From NCBI GenBank assembly GCA_037447605.1, contig CM074813.1, positions 3,100,001 to 3,164,000 of the forward strand: a stretch of DNA of 64,000 bases, read 5' to 3'. The notes under the pieces were generated by a model. The model saw only the letters and a list, made by a program, of their open reading frames with translations, was not told the DNA's origin and ran no database searches. This document shows, in pieces, positions 51,361 to 61,000 of the stretch (position 1 is its first letter; the number at the start of each line of letters is the position of its first letter). The DNA is from Zygnema circumcarinatum SAG 698-1b. Lineage: Eukaryota; Plantae; Zygnematophyceae. A program made the position numbers and the translations under genes.

Positions 51361-52015
51361 ATTTGTGTGATGCTATTGGGCGGTGTCGCCGGCTTTTCGG
51401 GAGCTGTGGGGCTGACAGTTGGCGGCAGGAGGCTGCAGCTTTGGACACGTGGCTCACAGTTGTTTGTTTTGCAGTCAAGTTTCGTTGGAGAATTTCGGAG
51501 CGTGGGAAAAGGTGGGCGACGTTTATTACTGTGAAAAAAGTACCTTGAGAATTCAAGCTGAAACTGATGACTTCTTGGCCCTTCACATGCTTCGGACTCT
51601 CAGGGTTGTGAAGTTTTCAAGTTCTAAAGAATTCTGCAGACTCAGAATGCAGAAACTCGTTACTCCCTGAACTTGCTCCATGGCGCTTACCGTTCAGCGC
51701 AAGTAGGTCAAGCAATGAGATGTTCCGAGTTCGAGTTTCATTTTAATGGATGCCTCTCCGTCAATAAAGGCACATGATGACGATACATACCTTCAGTTAC
51801 TAGGCAATCACACCGTCTTCTCTATTAATTTTGTTTATCTGAAAACCATACACACTAGAACTTGGAAGTTAATCATGAAGTACTGGAACTGAAGTCATCA
51901 TTGAAACCTCAGTATTGAATTCTAATACTTAACCTCTTAAACCCCGATATTGTCAGAATCTTCTCTGAAGAGAGCTGCAGCGAGAGCGACGATCCAGCAG
52001 CGCCCTTGTAGCGCG

Positions 52016-52228
52016 ATGGCCGATTCCAGCCGTCGATCTCGCGGGGCGGTGATCGTGTGGCTGCGGAACGACCTCCGCGTGCACGACAACGAGGCGCTGC
52101 TCCGCGCGTGGGAGGCCGCCAAGGGGACAGCGCCGCTGGTGCCCGTCTACTGCTTCGACCAGCGCCACTTTGACCTCACTTCAAACTTCAAATTTGCAAA
52201 AACTGGAGGTGCCCCTCCTCCTCCCCCC

Positions 52229-52273
<45 letters not shown>

Positions 52274-55200
52274 AACTCACAGGCGAGCGCGCGACACACA
52301 ATGTTCCTACATCATTTTGGTTGGTTTCCTTCCCGTTCTACCTATCCTTCTCACCTTCACTCTCTCCCAAAGCCCATATTCCTACTCTGGTGAACCCTTC
52401 CCTGTTCCCTCCCAGTTCGCCTCCCTTCGTGTTCCCATTCTCGGGTCGCTCCGTCCCCGCAGAGCTGCGCGCCCAGTTCCTGGTGGAGGCCGTGCAGGAC
52501 CTGCGGCGGCGGCTGCAGGCGGCGGGGGCGGACCTGCTCGTGCGGAGAGGCCTCCCCGAGGAGGAGCTCCCGCGGATCGCCGCAGCGCTCAACGCGTACA
52601 CGGTCGGTCGCCTGCCAATCTTGAAGCCGGAATGGAGGAGAAATGAAGAAATGAAGAATTTTAACTTCAATGTTTTTTCTCGTCGCCCAGTTTTATTTAT
52701 TTATTTATTAAATACTTCAATGTCAGCTTCGAGGGTATGACGACTTCGCATGAAAATGGGGCATGTAACATTGACAAGGTAGTCATATGAGCTAACTCTC
52801 TCTCTTTCTTTCTCTCTCTCTCTCTCTCTGCACCCCCCTCTGGCAGGTGTTTGCACAGAAAGAGACCTGCGATGAAGAAACTCGTGTGGAAGCAGCCATG
52901 GCAAAGGCGCTGCAGAAGGTGCAGAGCTGTACGGACAAGGAAGGAAAGCGGGCAGAAGTGGGATCGGCGGTGAAGTTGGAGCTCGTGTGGGGCAGCACCA
53001 TGTACCACATCGCCGACCTTCCCTTCCCCGCAGCGCAAGTGCCGGACGTGTACACACAGTTCCGGAAGGTCCGCTTGATAAGGATGCACAGCATGGGTCA
53101 AAAAAAGTTGAAGGTGTTTTGCGCTTTATGGATCGTTGGAGTATTTTGGGTCACTGCATTTTCAGGATATTTAAGGGCTTGCATGGTTTTTATGGCTTCT
53201 AGCTGCTTTTTCATGCTTCCAACTGAATCCACGCAGATGATATTTTCTTTTCCCCCTTCCCGTCATTGTTTTTTCAGTCCACCAACAGCGTGAATCTTTT
53301 TCTCAGGCAGTTGAAACGTCGTCCAAGGTGCGGAAGCCCCTGAGCATGCCCGCCAGTCTTGGACCCCTTCCAGAGAGCTTCCTGGAAGCTGCCGGTGGAA
53401 GAGGACAAATTCCATCGGTCCAGGACTTGGGGCTTCAGCCTCGTCGCCAGGTGGGATTGGCCCTATGCATGCAAAAACGTCCAATGATGAATCACTTTTT
53501 AAAGTTAGGACTTGCCACCGTTGCTTCTCTTAATTCTTATAAATGAAAACACGGGTGTCTTGCTTTCCAGGATCCACGTGGCGTGCTCCCGTTCGTGGGG
53601 GGCGAAACCGCAGCATTGGAGAGAGTTAATGAATATTTTTGGACCAAGGTAAACAAATTCAACTTTTTAAAAGAATTTGAAATCCAAAGCGCTGCAACGG
53701 CCTGAGTGCCTTAAAACTTTATTAACTTGAAAGCATGGAAATTCCGAGGACGTTCATTTCCTATGTGCGAGAAGAAAGCTGACCGATGTGCCCGCGGAAC
53801 GGAGCAGAATCTCTTATGCAAGTATAAGGAAACACGGAACGGAATGTTGGGAGCGGATTTTAGCACAAAATTCAGTCCATGGCTTGCAATTGGCTGCCTC
53901 TCTCCGCGCTTCATACACGCAGAGGTAAGCATTCTCGCTTTTTTTTTTTTAAACAGGTTTAGATTTAGACGCGAATGTTCTTTATCGAGGCAAGGCGTTT
54001 GTCTTCAATGAATCTTATAAAAGATTGCTACAAAAGCTCATGGGTTTATCGTTTCAAATATGACGGACTCTGGATCTGTGGGACATGTTCATGTTCTCGC
54101 TTTCTCTCCCTCACTTCCTCCCTTCCTCCGTTCCTCCTCCCTCACTCTCTCCCACTCTCTCCCTTTCTTCCCATTCATTTCTTTCCAGCATCTTTCTTCC
54201 CGCCTTCTTTCGCACTCTCTTCCTCTTCTCTTGTCTCACCCTGTTCCCCCCTCCCATTCTTGGTTCCTCTCTCACATCTCTCTCCCTCCTTTCCCCGCCC
54301 TTCCTCTCCTTCCCCGTATCTCCCCGCCCGCTCTCCCACACGAGATAGGATATGAGCAGAGAGCGCGGGGCCTGAGTGCAGGTGGCGCGCTACGAGAGGG
54401 AGCGCGTGGCCAACGAGTCCACCTACTGGTCGGTACTCAGGGCTGCCCATCGCCTCTCCCACTTTTTTTTGTTTCTCTCCCCCCCACCCTCCTTGCCTTT
54501 TTTTCTTTCTGCACATGTCAAAAATTTCTATGGTGGGCTGCCATTGCCACGTGACAGGCTGCTATTCGAGTTGATATGGAGAGACTATTTCCGGTTCCTC
54601 ACAATCAAATGTGGAAACTCTCTTTTTCATCTCGGTGAGTTACGTTACTTCCTTTGTCAAGCTGGCTTCTCTCTCCCACTCGGTAACACGATTCCCTAAC
54701 TCCCTAACTAGTCTTTAAACTCTAAAGCCGGTCAAGAGGGGTAGATCGCTTTGAAGGAAGATTTGTTGGAGCGGGAAAAGTGACATGTCTGATGCCTTTG
54801 TGCGAAGCTTCATAAGTGTGCAGGGGGGCCTCGACACGTACCCGGCAAGCAGGAGTGGAGCACCGATCGGCGGCTTTTTGAAGCTTGGAGGGACGGACTC
54901 ACTGGGTACGTCTCTCTTATCTCCTTTCACCTCTCTCCTCTCTACCTTGTCGTCTTTCCTCATTCTCTCGTGTCTCCTCGCCTCTCCTGTCACCTTGCCT
55001 CTCCTTTCACTCCTCCAACCCGTGCACTCCCTCACTCGCCTCTCTTTTTCCCTCTCTCCCACATGCAATGCTTCCGTAGATGGCAAAGCCGCCTCCTCCA
55101 CTATTGTGTTACGTCTCCAAGCTGACCTTATTGATCTTACACCTTCACCCCCTAGTGCTCAATCGAGTAAGGATTGGGGCGTGCAGGTATCCTCTGGTCG

Positions 55201-56524
55201 ATGCGAACATGCGGGAGCTGGCGAGCACCGGCTGGATGTCAAATCGGGGACGGCAGGTACACGCCAGCTCCTCTCGAAAAGGAAGAAAGGGGGAGACAAA
55301 GCAAAACTTGTGATGTTTTGCTTTGTTATTCTTGTATTGTTCATGGAAACGCAACGCAAAGGAGGAAAACATGGAAGACTCGAAGCGCAGGCAGCAGGGA
55401 AAGATGGAGAAACAGGGGCGAAATTTGAAGTTTCGAGGATAGTCAGCCTTTTTTTTTTTTACCGCACTTCAGGAGTACATGAAGGATGTACTAATCACCC
55501 ATGAGCATAAATAGGCTTTTTTTTTCATGTTCAGAATCAACAGTGTCTTCCTTCCCTCGTCGCTTTACTTGTCTTTATTTCTTTTCTTAACGTCCATTTT
55601 GTTTTGTTTGAAACTTATGGTGATGGCGCAGATCGTGTGCTCGTTCCTCGTGCGCGACCTGGGGCTCGACTGGCGGCTCGGCGGCGAGTGGTTCGAGAGC
55701 CTCCTCCTCGACTACGACCCCGCCTCCAACTACGGCAACTGGACCTACGGCGCAGGTACACGGGGCGCAGGGCTCAGGGCCAAGGGCTCAGCGGGGCGGG
55801 CTTTGGGGAACACAAGGGAGGGAGGGAGGGCTGAGGGGCGGACGGAGACGGGCGGGCGCAGGAGTGGGCATGGACCCTCGGGAAGATCGATATTTCAGCA
55901 TCCCGAAACAGGTACAGCTGGCGCACTCTGGTTGGTTGAGGTTTGGGCCATGTGCTCCACGCGCGACGGATAGCAGGAAGAGAGGGCTGACGTGGCATAG
56001 GGACCTCGGTCAAACTCTTACTTCGTTGTTGTCGGTACAATTAGATTATTATTATTCGCGTCATGCTACATGTTTGTGCTATTTTTAGGCTACATTATGA
56101 CTGTTGCAAATGGTGTTTTCCGTCTGTCGAGGGTCAGGCTCAAAGCTACGACGCGGACGGGGAATATGTGGCGCATTGGATCCCTGAGCTGAAGAAGCTT
56201 CCCCCGAAGCTGCGGCATTTCCCGCACTCGCTGTCTCCCTCGGAGAAGTCCCTCCATGGCTGGTCGCTGCAGGAGGGGTACCCGAGTCCGATAGTGCAGC
56301 TCAAGTTTGGGGCTCCTAAGGGGGGGGGAGGGGGAGGGCGCGGAGGATACAGCGGTGGCGGGAGAGGGGGAGGAGATAGAGGGAGAGGGCGAGGGAGATG
56401 GAGTGCTAGCGGGAGAGTAGAGAGAGAAGGGGACGTGCAAGGAGAGTCGAGCGACGGTAGAGGGAATGGCGGGAGAGGTACACGGACATGGCGAGGTGGA
56501 GCGGGGCAGTCGGTCAAATTTTGA
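52016..56524 (+). CDS. CRY-DASH: Cryptochrome-DASH (CRY3-like), 13 recognised exons; upstream targeting exon(s) possible (frame open from 51950)
   Basis: Exons 52016-52208, 52463-52602, 52847-53068, 53307-53450, 53571-53648, 53808-53924, 54382-54428, 54558-54634, 54824-54905, 55187-55256, 55632-55755, 55862-55911, 56138-56524. DASH motifs [95 protein letters not shown]. Confidence 0.97.
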
Positions 56525-56559
56525 GATGTGTAAGTTCATTGTGTAACGGTTTTAGAAGC

Positions 56560-58050
56560 AGCGAGGCTGTGAACATATATATATGCATTGACGGCTGTGG
56601 GCGTGCCGTTGACCCGAGCAGTCGCGTCGCCTTGCCCTGCGCCGCCCGCGGGCCGCCTGCCTGGCTCAGCTCGCGTTCTCGCGTTCTCGCGTTCTCGAAT
56701 TCTGCCGCGCGTCGCCCTCAACGGGCGGGCGGAGCCGCAAGATCTTGCAGACGGCCTGTCAGGATTCGGCCACGTCAGGGGCCCGCTGCGGGGGTACGAA
56801 CGTGCCACGTCAGCGAGCAGGCGAGGCCACGTGGCGCGGCGGCGACGAGGACAGGCGGAGGGCGCCCGCGTCCGGTCCGTTCCCTTCACCTCAGCGGCCA
56901 TTCTTCTCGAGACGCCGCCCAACGCGACCGACTCGCAGCAATTGGGGAGGGGGTGCGCAGCAAACAATCGTACAATATTTGACGACCGTGTTTCAAAATA
57001 TCTACCTTTCGATGCGATCTGTGTGTGCAACTTCCAGCAATTCCCGAACTCTAAGTATGCAATTTTTTAGGCCGACTTCTCTCTTATCCTGCAAATTGCC
57101 TCGCAATCTTGCTCTGCAGTCGATTTATCACCCCCACTCTACAATTCTCCTCAAGCCTGAGATGCAGACCGCTCGCATCCTCCGCTCCCATCTGCTGCCA
57201 TACTTCGTGAATCCTGCCTCGCCTGCTGCCACTCCAGAGCCGCACGCACGTCCGTACGCTGCTGCTCCTTCCGACGGTCCTTTCCTTCACCTTATGTTGG
57301 CCAAGACACCAAGTCCGTGTTCGTCCGCCCCTGCAGGCCGCCCTCCAGAGAGAGACGCCCCACCCCCAGCCCCGCCCAACCCACTCCCGGCCGACAGCCT
57401 CTTCCACGGCGCGCCTCTCGCACGCGCGAGATAGCTGCTGCTGACGCGTGCCTGCTTACACGCACACGTCATTGCGTCACAGTACGGTACGGTACGATAG
57501 GGTAAGGCGCCGTACAGAGACCGGCTCCGTCCGTACACTTCCCATTCGGGCATCGCTCTCAACGCGAAACTGGGCGCATGGAAACTGCGCATCGGTATCT
57601 CGCGGCCACGTGGCGGGCATCCTGCATTCCCTCGTCCACGTGGCATGCACTGAGTGGGCATGTGATGACGTGGCGGTCCACTCTGAACCCCCACTTCCCC
57701 CCCCCCCCCCCACTCCCCGGGGTGCGAATCGCGGGCGAGCAAATATGCCATCCGTTGACGGCCGGGCGGGCGGGCAGGCGGTCGGTTCGTGGCGGCGGCC
57801 GGCCCACGCGGCCCCCCCGGGCGGGGGGAGGGCGGGAGGGACGTGGCCAGGGCGGGGCCGCGCCCGCGAGGCGAGAAAGCCCGCCGGGCGACGCTGTGCG
57901 ACGCGTGCGACAGCACTGAGGACCAATCCTCGGCCAGGCGGACGTCGCACACTCACCCGCCCACTGCAGGTTGTGGCCGCCGTACTGTGCGTCCGTCCGT
58001 CCGTTTGTCCGTCCGTTTGTCCCTCCGTCCGTCCGTCCGGCGCCGCCAGC
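56560..58050 (+). promoter_or_regulatory. GC-rich island upstream of the ferroportin gene
   Basis: GCCACGTG at 56826 and 57605, TCCACGTGG at ~57635, GTACGGTACGGTAC at 57482-57495, CCAAT at 57923. Confidence 0.5.
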
Positions 58051-58051
58051 C

Positions 58052-61000
58052 ATGGCAGTGGCGGGCAGACAGAGCGCGGCGCGGCACTACAAGGGTGCGC
58101 CCCCGCCTGCCAGCGCCCGCAGCCGGATGACTCTGGCTCTGGCTCTGGCTCTGGCTCTGGCTGCCCGCCGACGGTATCTTTTACCTCTTTGTTCAGTGAA
58201 GCCTACTGGCGTGTCGAGTAGGGGAGATTCCAAAGTGACTCCTTTTGCGTGCAAGGCTTGCAATGAATGGCCTTAGGGCTGGAGGATTGACGAACTTCTT
58301 GGAAGGAACCGCCAGGGTTTCCAGTAAGTGTGTAGCAAGCGAGACGTCTAGCATTCAAACTGGGAAGGAGTTTCGGAGCAGGCAGCGTTATGAAGGGGAA
58401 CTTCTGCAGTACCCCTCTGCGGCGCTTCCTGGCCCTGGAGGAGCAAGGCTTAGGGCTGCGGAGTCAAGTAGGAAAGGAGACGAGCACCTGCAGCTCGGAA
58501 GGAAATTGAGCGAACTTCACTTGAAAACAGAGAAGAGAGTGAGGAAACGAAAGTGTTACTTGTAAGGCCTCCAAGATTTGATTCATGAAGCAATCAAACG
58601 GAAATTTCAAGGAACTCTTGTTTCACAAGAATTCTGTTGGTTTCTTGCTCGAGAATCTACTTGATGTTAACTTCGCTGAAGCTGATTGTGTTGTGTTGTC
58701 GCGACTTGAATGGTTGTGGTTTGTAGAGGGGCTGCCGAGGTACAAAAATTCGATGACAGTTGTAGCTCTTCAAATCGGGCATTCTTCGATGACGAGTCCG
58801 TTTTACCAAGAAGAGGCGCTTCTAGTAATGTGTCGGTCACATCCGCTCCTCACTCGAACTCAGAAGTCTATGATGAGGGTGAAATACCTGCAAGCCAAGG
58901 CAGGGAGGAGTCAGCAGAGTGCGCAAGGAGTGGCAATCCTGAAAGTACTTCACAGCACAGCGATGCGCATTTGCTGAGCCTGCAGGTTTGCTCCAAACAG
59001 CTGCACAGTGAAAACCCAGAAGGAGAGATGAAAACTACGGCCTTGCTGGTCGGCTTCTTTTAGGCTTGGGAAGCGCTTTTGTTCGTCTTGTTTGAAACGA
59101 ATCTTGACTTTTTATCGACCTGTATTTTTAAATTTCTTCTGTGAAGCGTGCAGGTCCAGTCCAGGGAGGAACAGGAGCGTTTAGCAGCCACACCTGCGCA
59201 TCCTAACGGCCTTTTTGGTAAGCCTATCATCTTTTTTTTTTCTAAAACATCTTCCCCCCGACAATTTGCTAGATTGGTGAGCTGTGTCAGTCTAAATGGA
59301 ATTCAAATCAAGGGCGTTTATCACTGACAGAACCACAATTCGGCGAGAAGGACAAGCGACCTGAAACTTAGTCATGTGAGCGGGAATGTTTAGTTGGCAC
59401 CACACAGTGATGGAAGGGTGAAGAAGTGAGACTTTGGTTCACTGATGATTCTGCGGATGGCTGTCGTTGTTGCGGTTCGGTGTATGTCACCAGCAATGAA
59501 TGCAAGCTACTTCGCGTCGTGCTTTATCGAGAAGATTTGGCGCTTTGCCTTACCTGCGATTCTCTCTCTCCTGCACGATAGCCTTCTGCCAGTGGCTGTG
59601 CTCAGCTTTGCCAGCCAGGTAATTCAGCTCCGCTGTGACTGCGCTTGACTCTGAGGGAGCTCACTACTTCCCCTTGTTGGCTGCTGTTTTTCCGATGCAT
59701 CAACCCGTGAACCAGCCCTTTATGGGAGCTATTTTTGCAACTGCTTTGTGGAGCATACCTGGCGATTTGCATGCCCTGCGATTCTTGCTCTTCTTCATCA
59801 TAGCCTTCTTCCTGTCGCTGTTGCCAGCTTCACTGGCCAGGTAGGTGCTGCTGCCTACCAAGAGGTCGAAGGGCCCTTCGAGAGCTTTGAATTGAAACGT
59901 GGATTGAGATGTTCTGTAGAAACGTCCACTGTTGGTGTGTTCATTTTGTAATGTTGTACACAATTGAAGTGCTTGAATTTTTTGTTGCTGAGTGTGTTTG
60001 TTGAAAGGGTACTCCGGGGAACTGTTTTTGCAATCTGACAGTGGTTTTGTGTGGAGTTGCAGCTTGTTATCTTTGCAGGTGGACCGTGGGTAGGAGAGGT
60101 CATGGATATGGCGCCTAGGGTTTTAGCGTTCAATGTACTCAGTGCTGTGCAGGTGGGCAGTCGTCTACAAATAATTTCCCATAGAGAAAGCAAACTCGAG
60201 AAAAGGGATTCGAACCCTTAGAAATAAATGATATGGACACAGCGGTCTATCATGAGGATGGATGAAGTTGAGTCCGTTGTGAGTTTGGAGTTGATTGTGA
60301 GACGCAAATTACTTTGGTGATTTAAATAATCTACTGTTTCATTGCAACAGACAGCTGAGGACTAGTCAATTTGTTGGTTCCCTGATCCTTCGCCTATTGT
60401 AGGACTGCGATTTGAAGTAGAACGGCAGACTCACTATGCTTTTGTTTGCAACAGGCTGCTGCTATGCTAATCTCGGCAGGAGTGACTGTATATGCACTCA
60501 AATCGGGTGTAACAGCAGGCGCATCGGCCATGAGTATGTTCAGGCAACCATGGTTTCTCGTCCTCATTGTTGCGGGAGCAGTGGAAAGGTTGACTGGTCT
60601 CGCTTCTGGGGTAGCGTTTGAACGAGACTGGGTTGTTCAGGTACACCCTCGAACGGTGCAGAAGTTGAACAATTTTTTTTAGACATAATTGAAATTAAAG
60701 CAAATATGAGTAAATTTTGCTCAACTGGTTGGTGTTGACATAAATAGTTTTATGGATGAAAACCTGTGTGTCTGCTGGATGTGTAGGGTTGTGCAGGCCT
60801 TAGAGGATGTTGGAGTGATTAGTTTAATTCAAGAAGTATTGAATGACGACTACCATAGATAGACTCCGCAGGACTGCAGTGAAAACATCCTTGGTTTAGG
60901 TGATTGAAAATATCGCTGATGCTGATTTGTTTGTACGTTGTTTTGGGCCTTTCCTGCAGTTGGCTGGGCCGAACAGGCCTTTAGCTTTAGCCAAGGCGAA

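Noticed and set aside
60202-60218. tRNA T-arm-like hairpin (minus strand AAGGG-TTCGAAT-CCCTT) in a ferroportin intron
   Set aside because: The upstream sequence forms no anticodon stem, D-arm or acceptor stem. At most a decayed tRNA or SINE fragment.
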